From positions 70,847,010 to 70,867,009 of the forward strand of contig NC_057718.1 in NCBI RefSeq assembly GCF_004010195.1: 20,000 bases of DNA, given 5' to 3'. This document shows, piece after piece, positions 1-10,063 of the stretch. A program made the position numbers and the translations under genes. The notes beneath the pieces are model-generated. The model searched no databases and had not been told where the DNA came from. It worked only from the letters and a program-made list of their open reading frames with translations. Numbering within the stretch: position 1 is the first letter of the stretch; every line of letters begins with the position of its first letter. This DNA comes from Chiloscyllium plagiosum. Taxonomy: Eukaryota.

Positions 1-532
1 AATCGTTTCAGAGAAAATCTCTGGGACACCCGCACTAAGCAGCCCTACTGCCCTGTGGCTAAACACTTTAACTCTTCGTCCCACTCCGCCAAGGACAAGA
101 GGTCCTGGACATCTTCCATCACCAAATCCTAACCACCCGACACCTGGAGAAAGAACGCTTCATCTTCCGCCTTGGGACCTTAAACCACATGGGATCAATG
201 TAGATTTCACCAGGTTCCCAATTCCCCTCCCCCAACCTTATCCCAGTCCCAACTTTCCAACTCGGCACCATCCTCTTGAATAGTCCTAACTATCCATCTC
301 CCTTCCCATCTATCTGCTCCATACTCCTCTCTGATCTATCACTTTCACCCCCATCTTCACTTACCTATCTTATTTCCAGCTGCCCGCCACCAGCCCCGCC
401 TCCTCCCATTTATTATCTCTCAGTCCCTTTGGCCCAGAAGCTTCATTCCTGGTGAAGGGCTTGTGCCCAACTCTCCTGCTCCTCGGATGCTGCCTGACTG
501 GCTGTGCTTTTCCAGCACCACAATCTTCGACT
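1..532 (+). mobile_element. Penelope-like retroelement 3' part: frameshifted GIY-YIG endonuclease C-terminus plus terminal repeat (pLTR)
   Basis: Translates as NRFRENLWDTRTKQPYCPVAKHFNSSSHS, then (frameshift) RHLEKERFIFRLGT, then (frameshift) PHGINVDF. This fits the Penelope GIY-YIG pattern RF.EH...PVA.HFN...E..I..LGTL.P.G.N. A pyrimidine-rich tract follows, then a terminal repeat (445-532) with a decayed hammerhead-like motif CTGGTGA-AGGGC-TTGT-GCCC that lacks GAAA. Confidence 0.8.
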
Positions 533-825
533 CTGTTTTCTATGGAACAGAGAAAGCTGACAGCGGCCTGATGAGATGTATAAGATTACAAGAGGCATGG
601 ACAGGGTGAATAGGAAGCTTCTCTCCTTAGTTGAAGAGTCAATTTTAAAGGTGAAAGGATGTTTAGAGGGGATTTGAGAAAATTTCATTCAGAGGGTGGT
701 GAAAATCTGGAATGAATTGTTTGGGAGGGTGATTGAGGTGGGAATCCTCATAACCTTAAAAAAGTACTTGGATGAGCACTTGAAGTGTAATAACCCATGG
801 GCCAAGTGCTGGAAACTGGACTGAT
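533..825 (+). mobile_element. Old CR1 LINE 3' fragment
   Basis: Degenerate LFSMEQRKL...MYKITRGMDRVN...F.QRVVKIWNEL...KKYLDEHL, homologous to the CR1 ORF2 C-termini at 9580-9860 and 19630-19860. Confidence 0.8.
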
Positions 826-899
826 GCAAATTTAGAATCATTTTCTTTCAGTGATTCTAGTCCAAGTATATCAAACCTTGAATAATGAAAAACAAGTAT

Positions 900-1152
900 A
901 AATTGGACATTTCGCATTTATTTAAAAACTTCCAACAATAAAACAATGTTGTACATTGTATTTATTTTTTTAGCAGTATAGTTTAAACCAATGCCACATC
1001 AAACTGCACCAAAACAAAACATTGAACTGAGATACTGCACTGTACAGTAAAGGAACATATACTAACTGTAGTTCAGTTTGCTGAGGATGTTGTACCATAG
1101 TAGTGTTTCACATATACAAGTTTGAGGAAGAGGTCTGGTAGCATTCTAGGTT
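900..1152 (-). other. DYNLT1: DYNLT1 3' UTR (3' end approximate)
   Basis: Unique AT-rich sequence after the TAA stop, containing two minus-strand AATAAA signals. Confidence 0.65.
917..966 (-). terminator. Two candidate polyadenylation signals (AATAAA at 966-961 and 922-917)
   Basis: Plus-strand TTTATT at 961-966 and 917-922. On the minus strand each is followed by a GU/U-rich tract (ttgttttattgttgg; cttgtttttc). Confidence 0.6.
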
Positions 1153-1223
1153 TTAGATGCCTAGCCCAAAGACGCTGACTATACAAAACATCGTCTTATT
1201 CTCCCATCTCACAGTGCAGCTTC
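1153..1223 (-). CDS. DYNLT1: Last coding exon of dynein light chain Tctex-type 1
   Basis: The minus strand reads ctcttacttgttttcAG|GA AGC TGC ACT GTG AGA TGG GAG AAT AAG ACG ATG TTT TGT ATA GTC AGC GTC TTT GGG CTA GGC ATC TAA = (G)[22 protein letters not shown]. This matches the recalled DYNLT1 C-terminus [23 protein letters not shown] better than DYNLT3 (GTCTVRWENRTMNCIVNVFAIAIVL). The acceptor is a polypyrimidine tract plus AG at 1225-1224, and the phase fits the upstream exon. Confidence 0.95.
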
Positions 1224-1702
1224 CTGAAAACAAGTAAGAGAGGAGGTGAAAATTCTTTTATTGCAAGGATCATACAAGTAGAAGCAATTTAAAGTAGAAC
1301 TAGTCAATACACTACAAATTTGACAAGAATTTTTGTTTTTCTCTAAATACACCATGCAGCAATTGCAGAAAGGAGCCTGTCTTGATTTAGCACTTGCACG
1401 TGCAATGATCTAACCACAAGGTAATCCTAGATTTGCTCTTACTCCATATTCATTGCAATTCTACAGTCAAGCAACTGGCATTAAGTCAGACTCTCATCCT
1501 ATAAGCACCTTGAGTAGTGAACTCTTCCAACCTACTGCAACTACATTTCATATTTTAATTATTAAATACGTTAAGGATCAATAAACAGCATAACATATAA
1601 TCATACATTAGATATACCAAAGCTATTTCATAGTTTTCATACAAAACAGATGCATGTGTGTACTGATGCTCACAGATACATAATAAACAGAGAATCCAGC
1701 TA

Positions 1703-1990
1703 TTTTTATTCATTGCGTGGGGATTGCTGGCAATGCCAGCATTTGTTGCCCTTTAAGTGATTGGCTCTTCAGGCCATTTCTGAGGGCAGTTGAAGGTCAG
1801 CCACGTTTCTGTGGATCTGAAGGCACATGAATGCCAAAACAGGTAAGAACATAGGATTTCCTTCCCTAGAGTAGATTAGTGAACCAAATGTGTCAACAAT
1901 CGACAATTAGAATAGCTTTTTTAATTCTAGATTTTATCAAATACACATTTCACTGTGGCATACAGGGATTTGAACATATTTGTAAAGCAT
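1703..1990 (-). mobile_element. SacSINE1/DeuSINE-like tRNA-derived SINE, degraded
   Basis: B-box-like GTTCAAATCCC on the minus strand (1975-1965). The body ggccatttctgagggcagttgaaggtcagccac...ggatttccttccctagag..attagtgaacca resembles the shark Deu-domain SINE as I recall it. The 3' end is tgaataaaaa. Confidence 0.65.
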
Positions 1991-2047
1991 TGTCAGGAAT
2001 GGAGAGGAACTTGCACAGGAGAGGCAAAAAATTCAAGATCTACGTGG

Positions 2048-2174
2048 GTATGATCTCTCTGAACTATTTTTCCCCTGCGAAGACATCTAAGATGCATGTG
2101 TGGTAGTAACTTTTGAAACCAGAATGGCTTTGGCATGGATGCTCAGAGTGGCTGCGCAGCTTAGAGGCAACAGT
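2048..2174. mobile_element. Putative hAT-type MITE, copy 1 (degraded)
   Basis: Colinear with 5036-5436: agacatctaag vs agacatccaag, gtagtaacttt vs gcagtaattt, gcgcagcttagaggcaaca vs gcacagcttagcggaatg. The ends resemble a CAGTGTTCCCTCTAA-type inverted repeat. Confidence 0.4.
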
Positions 2175-2634
2175 ACACAATAGGTTTCAAGGGCATAGGC
2201 AGAACTAAGAAACAAATTTTATGAATGGACTATGAGGAGTTAGATGCTATACTGAAAATAAACACAAGACAAAATTCTTTATCTAAATGTGTGCAATATT
2301 CATAACAAGACTCATGAATTAATGGGCCAAATAGAAATGAAAGGGAATAAAATGACAACAGATGCGGTTGCACCAGTGTAAAAATGCTATCTTTTAATTT
2401 TTTCTGTGTTTTTGATTGTGTGGACTGAAATGGGAAAAGACTGATTTCAAAATACAAAGGTTGTTGAAGAAAATCAAGTTACCCGACACTCATTTAAATG
2501 TTGCTTACATAGCTGCAGGTGGGGTAGGAGGTCTGCATGTTTTAGTTACAGACGAATTGGAACTAAAGGACTGGATTTGTTCAGTAAGTCACTGATTGAT
2601 ATATGGGCAAGTGACCAGTTACTGATAATAAAGG

Positions 2635-2761
2635 GCGGAGGTGGGTACTGCAGATGCTGGAGATTAGAGTCAAGAGTAAAGTGGTGCTGGAAAAGCACAG
2701 CAGGTTAGGCAGCATCCGAGGAGCAGGAAAATCGATGTTTCAGTCAAAAGCCCTTCATCAT
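2635..2761 (-). mobile_element. Short Penelope terminal-repeat-derived insertion
   Basis: Reverse complement of the 445-532 terminal repeat, plus its extension tctccagcatctgcag. It is flanked by tgataataaagg (2623-2634) and tgataacaaagg (2762-2773), a 12-bp TSD with 1 mismatch. Confidence 0.8.
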
Positions 2762-3483
2762 TGATAACAAAGGACTCCTGTCTGCCAACAATTATCTGAT
2801 TGATTCCCTGGTAGCAGAATAGCTTGGGAATCGTGAATATCTTGGTAAAGTAAATCAGACCTTTGGAATTGAAAGAGCTATGTTTCTGCTCCATATTAAA
2901 AAGCATCACAAGCCTGAAAATAGCCAGTTTATTTTCCCTCATCCATTGCTGTAGCTGTTATTTTAATTATAAATCCTTATAAGTATGAACTAGTGTCTCC
3001 TATAAACAAGTGAAAGTATTTGGAGAAGGAAGATCAAAAAACAGCATTCTGATCGGCACAAGAACTATTTAGGTAAACATGGGATTTCAGGGCAGAGGGA
3101 GAAGGAAAGAAGTTTGGATTTTCCAAGAGATAAAATAAAGTAATAAAGTCTCTAGGAGATGTTTGGATAATAGAACAGAGTGGATGGAAGACAAATTTAT
3201 TGATTGAACAAAGAAAAATGGAGAAACAAGTTATGTGCAGGACACAGAACCTGTAAAAGAATATAGTTAGGTTAAGTGAATGGGTAAATACTAGGCAGAT
3301 GGAGTATTTGAGAAAATGAGATTGCCCACTTCTGAAAGAACAGAAAAACAAAATATTAATTCAGTGGAGAGAGACTACATAATGCCGCAAGACGAAGGAT
3401 GTTCTTGCGTTTGAATAAACAAAAATGTGGTAACAGTGAATAATTAGGAATGCAAATTATATTTTGCCCTTTATGGGAAAGGA

Positions 3484-4733
3484 GAGTCATTGAGTCACAG
3501 ACATGTACAGCACTGAAACAGACCCTTCAGTCCAACCCATCCATGTTGACCAGATATCCCCACCCAAACTAGTCGCACCTGCCAGCACCTGGCCCATATC
3601 CCTCCAAACACTTCGTATTCATATACCCATCCAAATGCCTCTTAAATGTTGCAATTGTACCAGCCTCCACCACTTCCTCTGGCAGCTCATTCCATAGACG
3701 TACCACCCTCTGTGAGAAAACGTTGCCCCTTAGGTCTCTTTTATATCTTTCCCCTCACACCCGAAACCTATGCCCTCTAGTTCTGGACTCCCCCACCCGA
3801 GGGAAGAGACTTTGTCTATTTATCCTATCTATGCCCCTCATGATTTTGTAAATCTCTATAAGGTCACCCCTCAGCCTGTGACGCTCCAGGGAAAACAGCT
3901 TCAGCCTATTCAACCTCTCCCTATACCTCAAACCCTTCAATCCTGGCAATGTCCTTGCAAATCTTTTCTGAACCCTTTCAAGTTTCACAACATCTTTCCG
4001 ATAGGAGGGAGACTAGAATTGCATGCAATATTCCAACAGTGGCCTAACCAATATCCTGTATAACTGCAACATAACCTCCCAACCCCTGTACTCAATACTC
4101 TGACTAATAAAGGAAAGCATACCAAACGCCTTCTTCACTATCCTATCTGCCTGCGACTCTACTTTCAAGGAGCTATGAACCTGCACTCCTAGGTCTCTTT
4201 GTTCAGCAACACACCCTAGGACCTTACTATTAAGTATATAAGTCTTGCTAAGATTCGCCTTCCCAAAATGCAGCACCTCAAATTTATCTAAATCAAACTC
4301 TATCTGCCACATCTCAGCTTATTGGCCCATCTGATCAAGATCCTTTTGTAATCTGAGGTAACCTTCTTCGCTGTCCATTACACCTCCAATTTTAGTGTCA
4401 TTTGCAAACTTACTAACTATACCTCTTACGCTCACATTCAAATCATTTATATAAATGATGAAAATTAGTGGACCCAGCACCGAGCCTTGGGGCACTCCAC
4501 TGGTCACAGGCCTCCAGTCTGAAAAACAACCCTCCACCAGCACCTTGTCTTCTACCTTTGAGCCAGTTCTGTCTCCAAATGGTTAGTTTTCCCTATATTC
4601 CATGAGATCTAACCTTGTTAACCAGTTTCCCATGGGGAACCTTGTCGAACGCCTTACTGAAGTCCATATAGATCACGTCTACCTCTCTGCCCTCATCAAT
4701 CCTCTTTGTTACTTATTTTAAAAATCCAATCAA
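3484..4733 (-). mobile_element. 5'-truncated CR1 LINE (HER1-like), RT C-half and 3' tail
   Basis: Broken ORFs 4319-4543 (SGVPQGSVLGPLIFIIYINDL...SKFANDTK), 4013-4312 and 3755-3988. The 3' tail is ctgtacatgtctgtgactcaatgactc. It is clearly the same subfamily as 8751-10197. Confidence 0.95.
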
Positions 4734-4774
4734 TGAATATAAAAGTAATGTAGTCTTGCAATGCTATTAGTGAG

Positions 4775-4933
4775 GAGAAAGTGAGGGTTGCAGATGCTGG
4801 AAATCAGAGTCAAGAGTGTGGTGCTGGAAAAGCACAGCAGATCAGGCAGCATCCAAGGAGCATCAGAATCGATGTTTCAGGCAAAAGCCCTTCAACCTGA
4901 CCTGCTGTGCTTTTCCAGCACCACATTCTCGAC
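4775..4933. mobile_element. Fold-back Penelope terminal-repeat-derived insertion with a 13-bp TSD
   Basis: A perfect direct repeat tgctattagtgag lies at 4762-4774 and 4934-4946. Inverted arms are ~4809-4846 and 4896-4933. A half hammerhead (TGA-AGGGC-TTTT-GCCT-GAAAC) is on the minus strand. Confidence 0.85.
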
Positions 4934-5035
4934 TGCTATTAGTGAGACCACACCGAAAGCATGGAATACAGTTTTGTTCTCTTTATTTGTTCTCTAACTG
5001 CATTTTAGAGAAGATTCATTAGGTTAATTCCTGGG

Positions 5036-5436
5036 TCATGTTCCCCCCAATTATTTTTTCTGCTGTGCAGACATCCAAGGGTCTGTGTATAGCAGTAATT
5101 TCTGCATTTGAAATTGAGCCATGGTGGCTCAAAGGTTAATTGCAGAGTCTCTCCATGTCTGCATGGGTTTCCTCCCACAATCCAAAGATGTGAGGGTTAG
5201 GTGGATTGGTAATGCTAAATTGCCCATATTGGCCAGGGATGTATAGGTTAAATGGAAATGCAATGTTACAGGGGATAGGATAGGAGGGAATGAGGTCCAG
5301 CTGGGATGCTTTGCAGAGGGTTGGTGTAGGCACAATGGGCCTAATCTCCTGCTTCCACACTGTCAGGATTCTATGATTCTAGCATGCCAATCACCATCCA
5401 CAAGACCACTGAGATGCACAGCTTAGCGGAATGCTG
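5036..5436. mobile_element. Putative hAT-type MITE, copy 2, carrying a nested HE1 SINE
   Basis: It interrupts the old CR1 frame. The degenerate inverted ends are tcatgttccccccaa ... ttagcggaatgctg. The flanks ttcctggg (5028-5035) and tttatggg (5437-5444) may be an 8-bp TSD with 2 mismatches. It is homologous to 2048-2174. Confidence 0.5.
5119..5380 (+). mobile_element. HE1-type V-SINE, older and internally deleted
   Basis: Head catggtggctca, V-domain-like gggtttcctcccacaatccaaagatgtg..ggttaggtggattgg..atgctaaattgccc, and CR1-derived tail cttccacactgtcaggattctatgattct. Confidence 0.85.
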
Positions 5437-5932
5437 TTTATGGGACAAAGGTTTTATGTGGAAAAGTTGAGGTCGGGTCAATAATAACTGTAGTTTAGAA
5501 GAATAATTTGTGATATGATTCAAACACAGAAGATTCTGAGGGGACTTGATTCAAGGTTGGTGCTGAGAGGAAGCTGCCTTCATGGGATAAACAACCATTA
5601 GCATTGTTTTATAATAAAGGGTCTCCCATTCCAAACAGGCACTGGCCAAATTTTCTTGAATGGTGGAGCAGGCTTGAGGGCCAAATTGTTTTCCCCTTCT
5701 ATTTCTATGAACTAGATGCTGAATTTCAAATACAGTTCAACTCGCTCACTTTGTGACAAATCAATGTTGGATGCGAAAAGGAATAGAAGGTGGAAATACT
5801 CAGTAATTTCATTTACACAGCATGTTCTGTTGAAACATTTCAAAGCACTATAACAAAATCATTATGTTCCAAAAATGTATACTAGGTAAACAGCAGATTC
5901 TATTTAACTAGATTTACTCAGATAATACTCAC

Positions 5933-6010
5933 CATCAGCATTATTATCCCAGTAACAGGAACTAGCTGTGTGCAAACCAGCACCATTCTTTTGCATTATT
6001 ACAGAGGTCA
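5933..6010 (-). CDS. DYNLT1: Penultimate coding exon (78 bp) of dynein light chain Tctex-type 1
   Basis: The minus strand reads ttttccttcAG|TG ACC TCT GTA ATA ATG CAA AAG AAT GGT GCT GGT TTG CAC ACA GCT AGT TCC TGT TAC TGG GAT AAT AAT GCT GAT G|GTGAGT = (V)[25 protein letters not shown](G), versus recalled human [27 protein letters not shown]. Both splice sites are canonical. It splices in frame (G+GA = Gly) to 1223. Confidence 0.95.
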
Positions 6011-6530
6011 CTGAAGGAAAATTCAAATTAAGTTGAGTTAACATCCAAAATGTTAAAAACATTGTTCACATTTGGAAAAGATCTAGGACACCACAATATT
6101 TAGCAATTACTGCACTATTTTATGGTCGCAATTTAACATCTTTCCAACAGGTTCGATAAAAAAAATGACAAAACAACATAATTGCAAGCAATCAAGTTAA
6201 AATTGTTAAAGAAGCTGTTTTAAGTCTGTCCAAGAGAAAGGCTGCAGTAGTGACTATAGTGGATTCTTTCTTGATTATATGTTTTTGGAGATAAGTCTCT
6301 TGATTAAACTTAAAATATAAGCCATAACTATTAATTTAAGCTGGGGCAGTGTTTGTGGAGGAATAGGATGGTGTTATTTTCTGGGTCTGTAGACTGTGAA
6401 GGAGCAAAAATGGCCTTTGCAGTGATATGTACTTCTTGTCAGATGTGGGAGTTTAAAGAGAGTTTAAGGGTTACTGCAGATTATATCTGCCATAAATGCT
6501 GTTGGATGCGAAACTTATCAGATCGAATGG

Positions 6531-7344
6531 NNNNNNNNNNNNNNNNNNNNNNNNNNNNNNNNNNNNNNNNNNNNNNNNNNNNNNNNNNNNNNNNNNNNNN
6601 NNNNNNNNNNNNNNNNNNNNNNNNNNNNNNNNNNNNNNNNNNNNNNNNNNNNNNNNNNNNNNNNNNNNNNNNNNNNNNNNNNNNNNNNNNNNNNNNNNNN
6701 NNNNNNNNNNNNNNNNNNNNNNNNNNNNNNNNNNNNNNNNNNNNNNNNNNNNNNNNNNNNNNNNNNNNNNNNNNNNNNNNNNNNNNNNNNNNNNNNNNNN
6801 NNNNNNNNNNNNNNNNNNNNNNNNNNNNNNNNNNNNNNNNNNNNNNNNNNNNNNNNNNNNNNNNNNNNNNNNNNNNNNNNNNNNNNNNNNNNNNNNNNNN
6901 NNNNNNNNNNNNNNNNNNNNNNNNNNNNNNNNNNNNNNNNNNNNNNNNNNNNNNNNNNNNNNNNNNNNNNNNNNNNNNNNNNNNNNNNNNNNNNNNNNNN
7001 NNNNNNNNNNNNNNNNNNNNNNNNNNNNNNNNNNNNNNNNNNNNNNNNNNNNNNNNNNNNNNNNNNNNNNNNNNNNNNNNNNNNNNNNNNNNNNNNNNNN
7101 NNNNNNNNNNNNNNNNNNNNNNNNNNNNNNNNNNNNNNNNNNNNNNNNNNNNNNNNNNNNNNNNNNNNNNNNNNNNNNNNNNNNNNNNNNNNNNNNNNNN
7201 NNNNNNNNNNNNNNNNNNNNNNNNNNNNNNNNNNNNNNNNNNNNNNNNNNNNNNNNNNNNNNNNNNNNNNNNNNNNNNNNNNNNNNNNNNNNNNNNNNNN
7301 NNNNNNNNNNNNNNNNNNNNNNNNNNNNNNNNNNNNNNNNNNNN
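6531..7344. other. Assembly gap (814 N)
   Basis: Run of N inside the CR1, between the ORF1 N-terminus and the APE domain. Confidence 1.
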
Positions 7345-9868
7345 GGATAGCATTACAGCTGTGCTGAGGGAGGATATTCCTGGAAATACATCCAGGGAAG
7401 TTATTTGAGTGGAACTGAGAAATAAGAAAGGGATGATCACCTTATTGGGATTGTATTATAGACCCCCAATTGTCAGAGGGAAATTATGAAACAAACTTGT
7501 AAGGAGATCTCAGCTATCTGTAAGAATAATAGGGTAGTTATGGTATGGAATTTTAACTTTCCAAAACAATGACTGGGACTGCCATAGTTTTAAAGGTTTA
7601 GATGGGAGAAGAATTTCTTAAGTGTGTACAAGACAATTTTTTGATTCAGTATGTGGACGTACCTACTAGAGAAGGTGCAAAACGTGACCTACTCTTGGGA
7701 AATAAGGCAGGGCAGGTGACTGAGGTGTCAGTGGGGGAGCACTTTGGGGCCAGCGGCCATAATTCTATTCATTTTAAAATAGTGATGGAAAAGGATAGAC
7801 CAGATTTAAAAGTTGAAGTCCTAAATTGAAGGCCAATTTTGACGGTATTAGGCAAGAACTTTTGAAAGCTGATTGGAGGCAGATGTTCGCAGGTAAAGGG
7901 ACGGCTGGAAAATGTGAAGCCTTCAGAAATGAGATAACGAGAATCCAGAGAAAGTATATTCCTGTCAGGGTGAAAGGGAAGGCTGGTAGGTATAGGGAAT
8001 GCTGGATGACTAAAGATATTAAGGGTTTGGTTAAAAAAAAAGAAGGAAGCATGTGTCAGGTACAGACATGATAGATCGAGTGAATCCTTAGAAGAGTATA
8101 AAGAAAGATACTTAAGTGGGAAATCAGGAGGGAAAAACGGGGACATGAGATAGCTTTGGCAAATAGAATTAAGGAGAATCCAAAGGGTTTTTACAAAGAT
8201 ATTAAGAACAAAAGGGTAACTAGGGAGAGAAGATGGGCCCCTCAAAGATCAGCAAGGCAGCCTTTGTGTGGAGCCACAGAAAATGGGGGAGATACTAAAT
8301 GAAAAAAAGTTTGCATCAGTATTTACTGTGGAAAAGGATATGGAAGATATAGACTGTAGGGAAATAGATGGTGATATCTTGCAAAATGTCCAGATTACAG
8401 AGGAGGAAGTGCTGGATGTCTTGAAACGGTTAAAGGTGGATAAATCCCCAGGACCTGATCAGGTGTACCCGAGAACTCTGTGGGAAGCTACAGAAGTGAT
8501 TGCTGGGCCTCTTGCTGAGATATTTGTATCATCGATAGTCACAGGTGAGGTGCTGGAAGACTGGAGGTTGGCAAACGTGGTGCTACTGTTTAAGAAGGGT
8601 GGTAAGGACAAGTCAGGGAACAATAGACCAGTGAGCCTGACGTCAGTGGTGGGCAAGTTGTTGGAGGGAATGTACATGTATTTGGAAAGGCAAGGACTGA
8701 TTAGAGATAGTCAACATGGCTTTGTGCATGGGAAATCATGTCTCACAAACTTGATTGCGTTTTCTGAAGAAGTAACGAAGAGGATTGATGAGGGCAGAGC
8801 AGTGGATGTGATCTATATGGATTTCAGTAAGGCATTCGACAAGGGTCCCCATGGGAGACTGGTTAGCAAGGTTAGATCTCATGGAATACAGGGAGAACTA
8901 GCCATTTGGATACAGAACTGGCTCAAAGGTAGAAGACAGAGGGTGGAGGTGGAGGGTTGATTTTCAGACAAGGACTGTGACCAGTGGAGTGCCACAAGGA
9001 TCGGTGCTGGGCCCTCTACTTTTTGTAATTTACCTAAATGATTTGGATGCAAGTATAAGAGGTACAGTTAGTAAGTTTGCAGATAACACCAAAATTGCAG
9101 GTGTAGTAGACAGCGAAGTGGGTTACCTCAGATTACAACAGGACTAGATGGGCCAATGGGCTGAGAAGTGGCAGATGGAGTTTAATTCAGATAAATGCAA
9201 AGTGCTGCATTTTGGGAAAGCAAATCTTAGCAGGACTTATACACTTAATGATAAGGTCCTAGGGTGTGTTGCTGAACAAAGAGACCATGGAGTGCAGGTT
9301 CATAGGTCCTTGAAAGTGGAGTCACAGATAGATAGGATAGTGAAGAAGGCGTTTGGTATGCTTTCCTTTATTGGTCAGAGTATTGAGTACAGGACTTGGG
9401 AGGTCATGTTGCGGCTGTACTGGAATTTGGTTAGGCCACTGTTGGAATATTGCCTGCAATTCTGGTCTCCTTCCTATCGGAAAGATGTTGTGAAACTTGA
9501 AAGGATTCAGAAAAGATTTACAAGGATGTTGCCAGGGTTGGAGAATCTGAGCTACAGGGAGAGGCTGAACAAGCTGAAGCTGTTTTCTCTGGAGCGTCGG
9601 AGGCTGAGGGGTGACCTTATAGAGGTTTACAAAATTATGAGGAGCACGGATAGGGTAAATAGATAAAGTCTGTTCCCTGGGGTCGGGGAGTCTAGAACTA
9701 GAGGGCATATGTTTAGGGTAAGAGGGGAAAGATATAAAAGAGACCTAAGGGGCAATTTTTTCATGCAGAGGGTGGTACGCGTATGGAATGAGCTGCCAGA
9801 GAACGTGGTGGAGGCTGGTACAATTGCAACATTTAAGAGGCATTTGGATGGGTATATGAATAGGAAGG

Positions 9869-10063
9869 AGGAGAAAGTGTGGACTGCAGATGCTGGAGAT
9901 CAGAGCTGAAAATGTGCTGCTAAAAAAGCACAGCAGGTCAGGCAGCATCCAAGGAGCAGGAGAGTCCAGGTTTCCTGAAGAAGGGCTCAAGCCCGAAACG
10001 TCGATTCTCCTGCTCCTTGGATGCTGCCTGACCTGCTGCGCTTTTCCACCAATATATTTTGAG
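9869..10063. mobile_element. Fold-back Penelope terminal-repeat-derived insertion with a 15-bp TSD, nested in the CR1 3' end
   Basis: The perfect TSD atatgaataggaagg lies at 9854-9868 and 10064-10078. The paralogous CR1 at ~3600-3640 shows the empty site. Inverted arms of ~60 bp lie at 9906-9966 and 10003-10063. Confidence 0.9.
9975..10002 (+). ncRNA. Minimal hammerhead-ribozyme-like core of the Penelope type
   Basis: CTGAAGA (CUGANGA box), A, stem-loop GGGC-TCAA-GCCC, GAAA, then C-GTC (palindromic ACGT, NUH triplet GUC). Minimal hammerheads are an established feature of Penelope-like terminal repeats. Activity is not shown. Confidence 0.6.

Larger units (their letters stand above)
3015..5710 (+). 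mobile_element. Very old CR1 LINE (RT to 3' end) split by nested insertions
   Basis: Remnants are RLSEWV..RQMEY (3265-3310) and ANYILPFMGKG (to 3483), resuming as EYKSNVVLQ..LVRPH (4734-4774/4934-4960) and RFIRLIPG (to 5035), then ..RR..DMIQTQKILRGLD (5490-5550). It ends in a CR1 tail gaatggtggagcaggcttgagggcc...ctatttctatg (5658-5709). The 5' limit is uncertain. Confidence 0.7.

Noticed and set aside
1061..1223. Possible internal exon ending at a donor-like CA|GTTAGT (~1066)
   Set aside because: The frame stops at 1153, exactly where DYNLT1 ends, and poly(A) signals follow. This is a terminal exon and the donor-like site is in the 3' UTR.
443..5022. ORFs sharing LWCWKSTA / LTCCAFPAP motifs
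   Set aside because: They are translations of the non-coding Penelope terminal repeat.
6353..7440. Three long ORFs (351, 319 and 284 aa)
   Set aside because: They are artefacts of translating through the N gap. Only the CR1 ORF1 start and an APE fragment are real.
7602..9666. RT/endonuclease ORFs as an active or domesticated gene
   Set aside because: Multiple frameshifts and stops plus a mutated catalytic motif make this an ordinary dead CR1. The same holds for 3755-4543 and 18415-19648.
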